DNA of 64,000 bases from assembly GCA_019635775.1 (NCBI GenBank), contig JAHBYU010000003.1, positions 87,686 through 151,685 of the forward strand, in the 5' to 3' direction. Made by a program: the position numbers and the translations under genes. Under the pieces are notes generated by a model that was given only the letters and a program-made list of their open reading frames with translations, was not told the origin of the DNA and did no database searches. Positions 55,481 to 64,000 of the stretch are shown here, in pieces. Each line of letters begins with the position of its first letter. The first letter of the stretch is position 1. The DNA comes from Rhizobiaceae bacterium (lineage in GTDB: Bacteria > Pseudomonadota > Alphaproteobacteria > Rhizobiales > Rhizobiaceae).

Positions 55481-55942
55481 ATGAAGACCGCATCCGTGGT
55501 ACTCGCCACGATGGTTCTGGTCGCGACAGGTGCTGTCGCCATTGCCCAGCAGGCTCCCGAGGCGTCGAAGCCGGGAATCAGTTTGATGGCCCGGCTCGAT
55601 GCCGACAAGGACGGCAAGATCACCCGCGCGGAGAGCGAAGCGACGCGCAAGAGACTTTTTGTGCGGTTCGACCGGAATGGCGATGGCGCTGTCGACGAGG
55701 AAGAAGTTGACCGGGCGCGCCAGGCGATCATCGATCGCGCCACCATGATGGAAACATGGCTGTCCATGCAGTGGCGACGGATGGACCGAGACGGCGACGG
55801 CAAGGTTTCCGCGGACGAGTTCCAGTCTCGTTCGATGATCTTCCAGCTTGCCGATCGCGAGGGCGACGGCGCGGTGACGCAGGATGAGGTCGAGGTCTTG
55901 CGCACCATGTTCGGGCGAGCGGGGTTCGGCAAGGCCGGCTAG
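55481..55942 (+). CDS. exported EF-hand calcium-binding protein (four loops)
   Basis: ATG at 55481 (MKTASVVLATMVL...). Four EF loops: DADKDGKITRAE, DRNGDGAVDEEE, DRDGDGKVSADE and DREGDGAVTQDE. Confidence 0.8.
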   Translation: MKTASVVLATMVLVATGAVAIAQQAPEASKPGISLMARLDADKDGKITRAESEATRKRLFVRFDRNGDGAVDEEEVDRARQAIIDRATMMETWLSMQWRRMDRDGDGKVSADEFQSRSMIFQLADREGDGAVTQDEVEVLRTMFGRAGFGKAG

Positions 55943-55989
55943 CGGCTGCCGTTGACCTGCGTCCCCACTTTGCATTTCTCTCTCAAACC

Positions 55990-56379
55990 ATGGAGACTTC
56001 CGTGACCAGCATCCTTCGTTCATCGCTTGCCGGGCTGAACATGATCCTTCTTGCCGCCGCGCCTGCCGCCGCCGAACAATGGCACCGGCCGACCGCTCAT
56101 GGCGGCGAACTGGCGCGCGAGGTTACGCGTGACGGCCGGGTCTATTCCGGCCAGACGACGCGAACAGGTCCGAATGGCGCGACCTACTCGTCCAGCTCGA
56201 CCTGCTTCGACGGTGTGGTGAACCGGTGCAGGCGCAGCTTTTCCGCCACTGGACCAGAAGGGCAGGCGTGGTCGGGCGAGCGCTATTCGGCGCGCGGCCC
56301 CTACCGTGTACGGTCGGCCGGTAGCCTGACCGGGCCGAACGGCAACACCGTCGTCGGCGTACGCAGGCACTGGAGATAG
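55990..56379 (+). CDS. hypothetical exported protein (129 aa)
   Basis: Signal-peptide-like N-terminus, Gly/Ser/Arg-rich mature part, and two Cys residues. It lies immediately upstream of an ECF sigma gene. Confidence 0.45.
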   Translation: METSVTSILRSSLAGLNMILLAAAPAAAEQWHRPTAHGGELAREVTRDGRVYSGQTTRTGPNGATYSSSSTCFDGVVNRCRRSFSATGPEGQAWSGERYSARGPYRVRSAGSLTGPNGNTVVGVRRHWR

Positions 56380-56386
56380 GGAAGAC

Positions 56387-56998
56387 GTGGGCGAGGCGGG
56401 GGCCTCTGACGCAGCAGGCGATCGTCATGAAGACGACCACCTGCTGCTGCGTATCGCTTCCGGCGAGCAGGCCGCGCTGGCGCGCGTCATAGAGCGTCAC
56501 GGCAGAGGCCTCCGGCTGTTCGCTGCCCGACTTCTCGGCGGAATGAGCGATGCGGAGGATGTCGTGCAGGATGTGTTCGTCGCCGTCTGGAAAAACGCGG
56601 CGCGTTTCGATCCGGCAAAAGGCCGGGCGACGACCTGGCTTTACCGGATCGCCGCGAACCGCTGCATCGATATACGGCGCAGGCGAAGCTTTCGCGCATT
56701 CCTGGGCCTTGATGCAATGCCGGACGAAACGGCGGTCGAGGAGCCCGGAGCCGAAAGGCTGGTAGGGGCGAGGCAGGAACTCGCCTTGGTCCGCAGCGGG
56801 CTGATGGATTTGCCCGAGCGCCAGCGCATGGCGCTCCTTCTGCGTTCGATCGCGGACATGGACGTAGCCGAGATCGCCGCGGTGATGGGGACCAGCGTCG
56901 GCTCGGCCGAACAATTGCTGGTGCGTGGACGCCGCGCGCTGCGCGACCACATGGCGTCAGCGCAAAACGATCAGAAAAGACCTGGGAGTGTGTCATGA
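56387..56998 (+). CDS. ECF-type RNA polymerase sigma-70 family factor
   Basis: Region 2 (DVVQDVFVAVWKNAARFDP...TWLYRIAANRCID) and region 4 (LPERQRMALLL...DMDVAEIAAVMGTSVGSAEQLL.RGR). GTG start. Confidence 0.85.
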   Translation: MGEAGASDAAGDRHEDDHLLLRIASGEQAALARVIERHGRGLRLFAARLLGGMSDAEDVVQDVFVAVWKNAARFDPAKGRATTWLYRIAANRCIDIRRRRSFRAFLGLDAMPDETAVEEPGAERLVGARQELALVRSGLMDLPERQRMALLLRSIADMDVAEIAAVMGTSVGSAEQLLVRGRRALRDHMASAQNDQKRPGSVS

Positions 56999-57429
56999 CA
57001 GAACAGGAATTCGAGCAGTTGCGGCGGCGCTTCGGCGCGAACGTCTCGCTCTGGCCCGCGCCCTACCGGCAGGAGGCGCTGCATTTCCTCGCGCGAACCG
57101 AAGGGCTGGACGACGATGCGGCGCAGGACCGGCTAATCCTTCAGGCGACCAGAGCCGAAACAGACGAGGTTGCGCTGGCGCGCAAGGTGCTCGCGAGGAT
57201 CAACGACAATGGCAGGCATGGCCTGCTGGCCGGCCTCTCGCAATCCTGGTCGATGCCAGTGGCCTCGTCTGCCTTTGCTGCCTTGCTGCTGCTCGCCGCT
57301 GTTGGAGGCTACATCGCGGCAAGCAACGCGACGGACGGGCTTGACGATGCGCTGCTCGCCTTCGCGCTGGGAGATGGCGGCGTGGGAGACGACGTATTCG
57401 ATAGTTTGGCCGGGGAGGAACAGCTATGA
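56995..57429 (+). CDS. putative anti-sigma factor (single-pass membrane protein)
   Basis: ATGA overlap with the sigma gene. 144 aa with one TM helix (ASSAFAALLLLAAVGGYIA). Confidence 0.5.
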   Translation: MTEQEFEQLRRRFGANVSLWPAPYRQEALHFLARTEGLDDDAAQDRLILQATRAETDEVALARKVLARINDNGRHGLLAGLSQSWSMPVASSAFAALLLLAAVGGYIAASNATDGLDDALLAFALGDGGVGDDVFDSLAGEEQL

Positions 57430-57821
57430 CCGGACGCTCATGGCTTCAGCTCGGCCTTGTCGCCGCGCTGGCGATTTCGGTGATCGCAAACGCCTTCCTC
57501 ATAGGCTTCGTGGTGAAGCAGGCCCGCTCTGGCCTTGGCGGCGGCGGCGCCATCGCGCAGGCTCTGGTGAGCGCCTACCCAAAAGAGGTCAGGGAAGAGT
57601 TCCGCAGGCTGCTGCGCGAAAGCCGCCCGGACGCGGTGGCTGCCCTTAGGGAGCTGAGGCAGGCGCGCGGCGCGCTCGCCGATGCGGCATCGGCAACTCC
57701 CTACGTGGAGGCTGACGTCAAGAACGCCATGCAGCGGGTGCGCGCCGCAACCGACGTGCTGCAGGAGATGATGCAGGGCCTGTTGCTGGAAGCATTGCAG
57801 AATGCACGGCAAGCAGCCTGA
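57426..57821 (+). CDS. periplasmic Spy/CpxP/ZraP-like (heavy-metal-sensor family) protein
   Basis: ATGA overlap with the previous gene. N-terminal TM/signal segment followed by a helical domain with a pattern like R.ELR.....A...A. Confidence 0.5.
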   Translation: MTGRSWLQLGLVAALAISVIANAFLIGFVVKQARSGLGGGGAIAQALVSAYPKEVREEFRRLLRESRPDAVAALRELRQARGALADAASATPYVEADVKNAMQRVRAATDVLQEMMQGLLLEALQNARQAA

Positions 57822-57828
57822 GCGCCGC

Positions 57829-59718
57829 TCAGCGATAGCCCGCTGCCTGGAGCTCAAAGAGTTCTGCATAGACACCGCGCTGAGCGATAAGCTCGTCATG
57901 CGTTCCCGCTTCGATGATGCTGCCGCCCGAGAGCACGAGGATACGGTCGGCCATGCGCACGGTGGAGAAGCGGTGGGAGATCAGCACCGCGGTCTTGCCC
58001 GTGGCCAGCCGCTTGAAGCGCTCGAACACCTCGGCCTCGGCCTTGGCGTCTAGCGCGGCGGTCGGCTCGTCGAGAATGATCAGTTCGGCATCGCGCATGT
58101 AGGCGCGCGCGATCGCGACCTTCTGCCATTCACCGCCCGAAAGGTCGCGGCCATTGGCGAAGAGCTTGCCCAGCGGCTGGTCATATCCGAGCGGCAGCCT
58201 CTCGATGACCGGGGCCGCAAGGCTCTGCTCGGCCGCCGACCGGATTCGCTCGCGGTCGGGCACCGCTTCCATGCGGCCGACACCGACATTCTCCGCAGCC
58301 GTCAGGGAGTAGCGGATGAAGTCCTGAAAGATGACGCCGATATGCGTGCGCAGATCCTCCAGGTCGAAGTCACGCAGATCGACGCCGTCGATCAGAATGC
58401 GACCCTCGTCCGGGTCGTAGAGGCGCGTGAGCAGCTTGACGATCGTGGTCTTGCCCGCCCCGTTCTCCCCAACCAGCGCAACGGCTTCGCCGGCCTTCAT
58501 CTCGAAGGTGAGGCCGCGCACCGCCCAGCGGTCCGTGTCAGGATAGCGGAAGCCGACATTTTCGAAGACGATGCCCTGCCGGATGGGCTGGGGAAACGGT
58601 TTTGGGTCCGGTGAAAGCGCGATGGTCGGCCTGATGTCGAAGAAGGAGAACAGGTCGTCCAGATAGAGCGACTGGCCGGCGATCTGCGTGACGCCGATGA
58701 GCATCTGGCCGAACAGGCCGTTGAGCTTGAGGAACGAGCCGGAAAGGAAGGCGAGGTCGCCAAGCGTGAACTGGCCGTCGATGGTGCGCCAGACGATGTA
58801 GGCATAGGCGCCATAGTAGGCGACCGTCGAGAGCGCCGCGAACAGCCCGCCCCAGATGGCGCGCTGGGTCGCGAGGCGACGGTTGTCGCGCATGATGGTG
58901 TCGGCCAGCCGCCTGAACCGCTCGACAAGGAAGCTGCCGAGTCCGAACAGCTTTATTTCCTTCGCGGTTTCTGCGCTCGCCCCGACATAACGGAGATATT
59001 CGAGTTCGCGCCGCTCGGGCGATCTCAGCCGATTGAGGAAATAGGATCGCGTGTTGAAGCGCGCCTCGCTGAGCACCGCTGGCATCAGGGAGACCAGAAG
59101 CAGAAGGATCAGCCAAGGCGCGTAGAAGAACAGGCCGGCCGCCAGCGAGACGATCGTGACGATAGACTGGGCCTGTCCGAAAATCTGCGCCAGAAGCGCG
59201 TTGCGGCCAGCTGCCTGCCGGCGCGCACGTTCGAGCCGGTCCTGGTATTCGCTGGATTCAAAATGCCTGAGATCGAGGTCGGCCGCATGGCGCATCAGCT
59301 CCATGCTGACTGTGTTGGAATGCAGTTCGGAAAGAATGCCGTCGACCAGCGAGATCGCACGCGACAGAAGGTCGCCGGCCACCACGATGGCGAACTCCAG
59401 AAGCAGCAGCATCGCGACATGGTTGAGACGGCCGCTGGCAAGCCAGTCCGCCACGCCCGACCCCGGCGCAGGCTGTCCTGTCTGACGCAAAACCTCATCG
59501 ATGATGAGTTTGCCGACATAAAGCAGGAGCAGTGGCTGGAGAGCCGAAAGCAACCTTAGCCCGATGCTGGCAACAGTAAGATGCGGGCTGGTGCGCCAGA
59601 CCTGCGCGAAGAAGCGCTTGAGGTGACGCAGCGTCGCGATCTGCTGTCCGAGGGGTGGCCGGTCGGCTGTCGAGCTGCGGAACGCGAGCCTGGCGGCGAA
59701 ATTTTCACTGGAACTCAT
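57829..59718 (-). CDS. ABC exporter, fused permease and ATP-binding protein (MsbA/multidrug-type)
   Basis: 629 aa with a six-TM N-terminal half. Walker A GENGAGKTT, signature LSGGEWQKV and Walker B LIILDEPT. Confidence 0.88.
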   Translation of the reverse strand: MSSSENFAARLAFRSSTADRPPLGQQIATLRHLKRFFAQVWRTSPHLTVASIGLRLLSALQPLLLLYVGKLIIDEVLRQTGQPAPGSGVADWLASGRLNHVAMLLLLEFAIVVAGDLLSRAISLVDGILSELHSNTVSMELMRHAADLDLRHFESSEYQDRLERARRQAAGRNALLAQIFGQAQSIVTIVSLAAGLFFYAPWLILLLLVSLMPAVLSEARFNTRSYFLNRLRSPERRELEYLRYVGASAETAKEIKLFGLGSFLVERFRRLADTIMRDNRRLATQRAIWGGLFAALSTVAYYGAYAYIVWRTIDGQFTLGDLAFLSGSFLKLNGLFGQMLIGVTQIAGQSLYLDDLFSFFDIRPTIALSPDPKPFPQPIRQGIVFENVGFRYPDTDRWAVRGLTFEMKAGEAVALVGENGAGKTTIVKLLTRLYDPDEGRILIDGVDLRDFDLEDLRTHIGVIFQDFIRYSLTAAENVGVGRMEAVPDRERIRSAAEQSLAAPVIERLPLGYDQPLGKLFANGRDLSGGEWQKVAIARAYMRDAELIILDEPTAALDAKAEAEVFERFKRLATGKTAVLISHRFSTVRMADRILVLSGGSIIEAGTHDELIAQRGVYAELFELQAAGYR

Positions 59719-59859
59719 ATCAGACGGAAAATGGTGTCTCGTTTGATCCCGCGCAATGGCTCATTCCGATGGGGATGGTATTGGCTGACGGAACCCTGTC
59801 ATGCTTAATGTCGGGCGAGGGGGCCGGGTACAACGGCCATTGGAACGACCGGGACGGAA

Positions 59860-60237
59860 ATGACAACTGCCGCAATTACGCTTTTCGCCTTGCTGCTCAT
59901 CAAACATTTCGTATGCGATTTCGTGCTGCAGACGCCCTGGCAGATCGGCCAGAAGGGAATTTACGGCGCGCGCGGCGGGCTGGTCCACTCCGGGATCCAC
60001 GTCGCGGGCACTTTCGTTGCGCTTCTGGCGGTGATGCCGCCGCTTTCCGTCATGGTGACGGTGCTCGTCGTGGAGTTCATCGTCCACTACCATATCGACT
60101 GGAGCAAGGAGCAGACCGTGAAGCGCCTCGACTGGCGGGTCGGCGCGCGGTTCTGGAACGCCATCGGTCTTGACCAGCTTCTGCACGGCCTGACCTACCT
60201 CGCCATCGTCATCTATGTGACCGGGTGGGCGCGGTAG
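59860..60237 (+). CDS. DUF3307-like membrane protein
   Basis: LIKHFVCDFVLQT....HSGIH....HYHIDW pattern, 125 aa. Confidence 0.6.
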   Translation: MTTAAITLFALLLIKHFVCDFVLQTPWQIGQKGIYGARGGLVHSGIHVAGTFVALLAVMPPLSVMVTVLVVEFIVHYHIDWSKEQTVKRLDWRVGARFWNAIGLDQLLHGLTYLAIVIYVTGWAR

Positions 60238-60250
60238 GTCGCACCGCCTT

Positions 60251-61387
60251 CTATCTTGCAAGCAGCGCCCGCGCCTCCTTGGGACCCAGTGCCGCAGGGC
60301 GTTCACAGGTCGTGCGCATCGGGACGAACTTGCCGGTCTCGCCTGACTGCAGGATCGCGGTCATGACCTCGACCGCGTGCAGCGCCAGTTCGAGCGAGCA
60401 GCGGTGCGGCCGATCCGCCTGTATGGCAAGCGCCATGTCGGACAGTCCCGCCGTTCGGTAGTTGGCCATCATGCCGACGGAATGCTTCTGGTTCGGTACG
60501 CCGAAAGGATGCTTCCATGCCGGCAGCTTCTTTACCTCCTTCGCGCCCTGCGTGTAGCGCACGTCACCGCCGAAGAAGTTTGGATCGGGCACGTAGACGG
60601 TGCCGGCCTCGCCGTAGAGTTCCATCGGCGCATGCCCGTGCGCCCAGACGTCCCAGCTTGTGCCAAGCGTGATCACAGCGCCGTTCTCGAAGTCGAGGAG
60701 TGCGTGGATGGTCGTCGGCGTGTCGACCGGGATCTTCTCTCCGTTGCGCGGGCCGTTTGCGATGACGCGCTGCCTGCGCGGGATGGAAGTCAGCGCAGCC
60801 ACGCTTCTGACCGGCCCGATAAGCTGAATCAGGTTTGTGATGTAGTATGGGCCTAGATCGAGGATGGGGCCCGCGCCGGGCTGGAAGAAGAAGTCGGGAT
60901 TGGGGTGCCAATGCTCCATACCGCGGCTCATCACGTGGCATGTCCCGCCCGTGATCGCGCCGAGCCTGCCCTCGTCGATCATGTGGCGCACAAGCTGGTG
61001 CGAGCCGCCCAGGAAGGTGTCAGGAGCCGAGCCGACGCGCAGCCCCTTCTTCGCTGCACGCTTCTTCAGGTCGAGGCCTTCCTTGACGGACAGCACGAAG
61101 GGTTTCTCGGAATAGACGTGCTTGCCAGCATCCAGCGCCTGCCGGGAGACTTCGTAATGCACGGCCGGAACGGTGAGGTTGACGACGATGTCGACCTCGC
61201 TGTCGGCGAGCAACTCATCGACTCCGAGCGCCCGCACGCCGTATTCGCTGGCGCGAGCCTTCGCGGCGGCCGGGTTGATGTCGGCGCAGGCGCGGACCTC
61301 GATACCCCTGAAAAGGGGAGCGAAACTGAAATAGGTTGTGGAAATGTTGCCGCATCCAACGATGCCGACACCAAGCTTGCGTGCCAT
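60251..61387 (-). CDS. Gfo/Idh/MocA-family oxidoreductase
   Basis: N-terminal Rossmann motif GIVGCGNIS and the EKP motif (VYSEKPF). Confidence 0.85.
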   Translation of the reverse strand: MARKLGVGIVGCGNISTTYFSFAPLFRGIEVRACADINPAAAKARASEYGVRALGVDELLADSEVDIVVNLTVPAVHYEVSRQALDAGKHVYSEKPFVLSVKEGLDLKKRAAKKGLRVGSAPDTFLGGSHQLVRHMIDEGRLGAITGGTCHVMSRGMEHWHPNPDFFFQPGAGPILDLGPYYITNLIQLIGPVRSVAALTSIPRRQRVIANGPRNGEKIPVDTPTTIHALLDFENGAVITLGTSWDVWAHGHAPMELYGEAGTVYVPDPNFFGGDVRYTQGAKEVKKLPAWKHPFGVPNQKHSVGMMANYRTAGLSDMALAIQADRPHRCSLELALHAVEVMTAILQSGETGKFVPMRTTCERPAALGPKEARALLAR

Positions 61388-61458
61388 GTCGATAGCTCCT
61401 GAAAATGGCCGTCAGTAGGGGTTCGTACGAGGCTCTGGACTGAAGCGGCAAGCTGCCT

Positions 61459-62211
61459 TTACTGGAATTGCCGAACAGACGCGATCGAGCGGCGGGCGAA
61501 GCGCTCGAAATCGTTGGGGTTGTCCTGTTCCATGACGTAGTGCTTCGCGGCGGTCTTCTCGCGCAAAGTCTTGAGGAGAGATGACCAGTCGATGCTGCCG
61601 TAGCCGACATCGGACCAGCCGTCCTCGTCCGTGCCTTCGCCCGCCTTGGCGATGTCCTTGACATGCACGGCGACGATACGCTTGCCGTACCGGTAGATCC
61701 ACGGCAACGGATCGGCGCCGCCGCGCACCACCCACGCAAGGTCCATTTCCCAGCCGATGTCCGGGGCGGCGGCGAGGATGTGTTCCTGCGGCGTGGAACC
61801 GTCGGCAAGAGGCTTGAACTCGAAATCGTGGTTGTGCCAGGCGAAGCCGTAGCCATCCCTCGACGCCCGCTCGCCGACCGCGGCAAGCCGTTCGCCAAAG
61901 CCCCGCCATCCTGCGGCAGTCGCCTCAGGCCGCTCTTCCGCGTTGAGATAGGGACAGATCAGAGTGCGGACCCCAAGTGTGTCCGCGATCCTGCGTGCGG
62001 CGTCGAAATCCGTCTCCAGCATGGCGATGGAAAAGTGGCCGGTTGGCATGGCGAGACCGTTCCTGTCCAGTTCCTGCTTGAGGCCGGCAGGGTCGTCGTA
62101 AACGCCGCCATAGCCTTCTACCTCGCTGTAGCCGGCCTCGCCGAGTACTTTCAGCACCGCGTTCCACGGCTGGAAGTTGCGCGCGCTGTAGAGTTGGAAT
62201 GACCAGTTCAT
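61459..62211 (-). CDS. sugar phosphate isomerase/epimerase (xylose-isomerase-like TIM barrel)
   Basis: The ATG at 62211 (MNWSFQLYSAR) gives 250 aa, and the family pattern holds throughout. The 26-codon extension was rejected. Confidence 0.75.
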   Translation of the reverse strand: MNWSFQLYSARNFQPWNAVLKVLGEAGYSEVEGYGGVYDDPAGLKQELDRNGLAMPTGHFSIAMLETDFDAARRIADTLGVRTLICPYLNAEERPEATAAGWRGFGERLAAVGERASRDGYGFAWHNHDFEFKPLADGSTPQEHILAAAPDIGWEMDLAWVVRGGADPLPWIYRYGKRIVAVHVKDIAKAGEGTDEDGWSDVGYGSIDWSSLLKTLREKTAAKHYVMEQDNPNDFERFARRSIASVRQFQ

Positions 62212-62263
62212 GTGCCTGCCTTTCTGAAGGCCGGGCCCTTGGGCTGCCCGGTGTCTGTTGGTC

Positions 62264-63343
62264 CTAGATGCGGTCACCCGAAGCCGCATCGAACAGCGAC
62301 GCGTTCATCGGATCGAAGCCTATGGTTATGCTGTCGCCGGCGTTCGGCGCGCGATCGGACGGAACCCTTATGGTAAGTGGTTGCTTACCCAACGTGGTCC
62401 AGATCAGCGTATCCGAGCCCATCGGGTCGACGATCTCCACGGCCACCTTCGCGGTAAACGGCCAGCCCTCGCCGGAATCGATCGAGATGTGCTCCGGGCG
62501 GATGCCGAACGCGGCCGGTCCGGGCCGTGCGCTTTCGAAGCCGTAGCGCTGAAGCGGGATGTCGATGTCGCCGGCGGTGAAATGATACCCTTCGTCGCGG
62601 GCGACGATCTCGCCGTCGAGGAAGTTCATGCCAGGCGAACCGATGAAGTCGGCGACGTAGCGGTTGACGGGACGCCTGTAGATTTCCTGCGGGCGATCGA
62701 GTTGCTGGATCATCCCGCTGCGCATGACTGCGATGCGGTCGGCAAGGGTCATCGCTTCGATCTGGTCATGCGTCACATAGATCATGGTGTTGGCGAGTTT
62801 CTGGTGAAGCCGCTTGATCTCGACGCGCAACTCCGCGCGCAATTTGGCGTCCAGGTTGGAGAGCGGTTCGTCGAAGAGGAAGACATCCACGTCGCGCACC
62901 AGCGCACGGCCGATGGCGACCCGCTGGCGCTGGCCGCCGGACAGTTGCGAAGGCTTGCGGTCAAGCAGCGACTGGATCTGCAGTATTTCGGCGGTGCGCT
63001 CGATGCGCCGCTCGATCTCGGCCTTCGGTACTCCGGCATTCTTCAGTCCGAACGACAGGTTTCTCCTGACCGACATTTGAGGATAGAGCGCGTATGACTG
63101 GAACACCATGCCGATGCCGCGATCCTTCGGCTCCTCCCAGGTGACGTTCCTGCCCTTGATGAATATCTGCCCGTCCGAGGCGTCGAGCAGGCCGGCGATG
63201 CAGTTGAGCAACGTGGACTTGCCGCAGCCGGAAGGGCCGAGAAGGACGAGAAACTCGCCTTCCTCGATATCGAGGTTGAGGTTCTTCAGGACCGACACGG
63301 CTCCGTAGTTCAGCGAGAGGTCCCTGACCGTTACGCTCGGCAT
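62264..63343 (-). CDS. carbohydrate ABC transporter ATP-binding protein (UgpC/MalK-like)
   Basis: Walker A GPSGCGKST, signature LSGGQRQRV, Walker B VFLFDEPLS, and a C-terminal regulatory-domain-like region. Confidence 0.9.
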   Translation of the reverse strand: MPSVTVRDLSLNYGAVSVLKNLNLDIEEGEFLVLLGPSGCGKSTLLNCIAGLLDASDGQIFIKGRNVTWEEPKDRGIGMVFQSYALYPQMSVRRNLSFGLKNAGVPKAEIERRIERTAEILQIQSLLDRKPSQLSGGQRQRVAIGRALVRDVDVFLFDEPLSNLDAKLRAELRVEIKRLHQKLANTMIYVTHDQIEAMTLADRIAVMRSGMIQQLDRPQEIYRRPVNRYVADFIGSPGMNFLDGEIVARDEGYHFTAGDIDIPLQRYGFESARPGPAAFGIRPEHISIDSGEGWPFTAKVAVEIVDPMGSDTLIWTTLGKQPLTIRVPSDRAPNAGDSITIGFDPMNASLFDAASGDRI

Positions 63344-63351
63344 TGTGCCCC

Positions 63352-64000
63352 CTAACCTTTAACCGCGCCGGCGGCGATGCCGCGTACGAACAGCTTGCCG
63401 GAAACGAAATAGATGACGAGCGGCACGAGGCCGGTGATGAGCGTTGCGGCCATGTTGACATTGTACTCCTTCACGCCCTGGACGGAGTTGACGATGTTGT
63501 TGAGTTGTACGGTCATCGGGTAGGTGTCCGGGCGCGTGTAGACGACGCCGAACAGGAAGTCGTTCCATATGCCTGTCACCTGGAGGATCATCGCGACGAC
63601 GAAGATCGGAAGGCTCATCGGCAGCATGATCCTGAGATAGATTGCCCAGAAGCCCGCACCGTCGACACGGGCGGCCTTGAACAACTCTTCAGGAAGCGCC
63701 GCGAAATAGTTGCGGAAGAGCAGGGTCAGGATCGGCATGCCGAAGATCGTATGCACGATGACGAGGCCGGCGAGCGAACCGTACAGACCGATCTCGCGCA
63801 GGATGATGACGATCGGATAGATCATCACCTGATAGGGGATGAAGGCGCCGACGATCAGGATCGTGAAGAAGACGTCGGCTCCCTTGAAGCGCCAGTTGGC
63901 GAGGGCGTATCCGTTGACCGATGCAATGGCTATGGAGAGGATTACGGATGGAATGGTGATCCGCACCGAGTTCCAGAATCCCCTGCTGAGGCCGTCGCAG
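63352..64000 (-). CDS. carbohydrate ABC transporter permease (MalG/UgpE-like), 5' end beyond the right edge
   Basis: EAA-loop-like region AARVDGAGFWAIYLRIMLP. The frame stays open to the window end (..CDGLSRGFWNSVRITIPS by my own translation), so the start listed in the ORF track is internal. Confidence 0.85.
   Translation of the reverse strand, partial: CDGLSRGFWNSVRITIPSVILSIAIASVNGYALANWRFKGADVFFTILIVGAFIPYQVMIYPIVIILREIGLYGSLAGLVIVHTIFGMPILTLLFRNYFAALPEELFKAARVDGAGFWAIYLRIMLPMSLPIFVVAMILQVTGIWNDFLFGVVYTRPDTYPMTVQLNNIVNSVQGVKEYNVNMAATLITGLVPLVIYFVSGKLFVRGIAAGAVKG

Overview
This is a high-GC, densely coding segment that looks like a Rhizobiales (alphaproteobacterial) chromosome, judged from gene content and order.

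**Conserved core, about 1-34 kb:**
- glcB (5' end only) and an SDR-dgoK-dgoA sugar-acid operon with an appended ATP-grasp gene.
- An RlpA-like gene and a cupin gene.
- A minus-strand chain, in transcription order: PAS histidine kinase, tsaE/kinase fusion, murU-like, addB, addA, trxA. The first five genes are joined by 4-nt start/stop overlaps.
- ahcY.
- The HPr / EIIA-Man / short HprK / ChvG / ChvI cluster, divergent from pckA.
- arfB, alkB, two tandem PAP2-like membrane proteins, and coaA.
- A his operon (hisB-DUF2628-hisH-hisA-hisF-hisE) with an arginase-family gene wedged between hisA and hisF.

**Break in core synteny, about 34.0 kb:** copies of a palindromic MITE-like repeat bracket a visibly AT-richer patch. 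The patch holds two orphan TTG-start ORFs, a possible dmmC-like gene remnant, and a small channel gene with a non-canonical filter.

**Methylated-amine island, 36.8-53.9 kb:**
- dmmDABC (dimethylamine monooxygenase) on the minus strand.
- A tightly spaced six-gene plus-strand operon of mini membrane proteins, an APC permease and two unknowns. One gene is a 55-codon ORF missing from the ORF track.
- mgsABC-gmaS-mgdABCD (N-methylglutamate pathway).

**Right end, 53.9-64 kb:**
- A guanidine-II (mini-ykkC) riboswitch in front of a sugE/gdx SMR exporter.
- A BA14K protein and two divergent four-loop EF-hand proteins.
- An ECF sigma / anti-sigma / Spy-like module, an ABC exporter and a DUF3307 protein.
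- A sugar-utilisation cluster that runs off the right edge.

I recognised no rRNA, tRNA, CRISPR array, transposase or integrase.

The most interesting unexplained pieces are the membrane operon between dmm and mgs (40.97-44.31 kb) and the repeat-bracketed orphan patch (34.0-36.8 kb).

All protein family calls come from motif and pattern recognition by eye. No database search was run.
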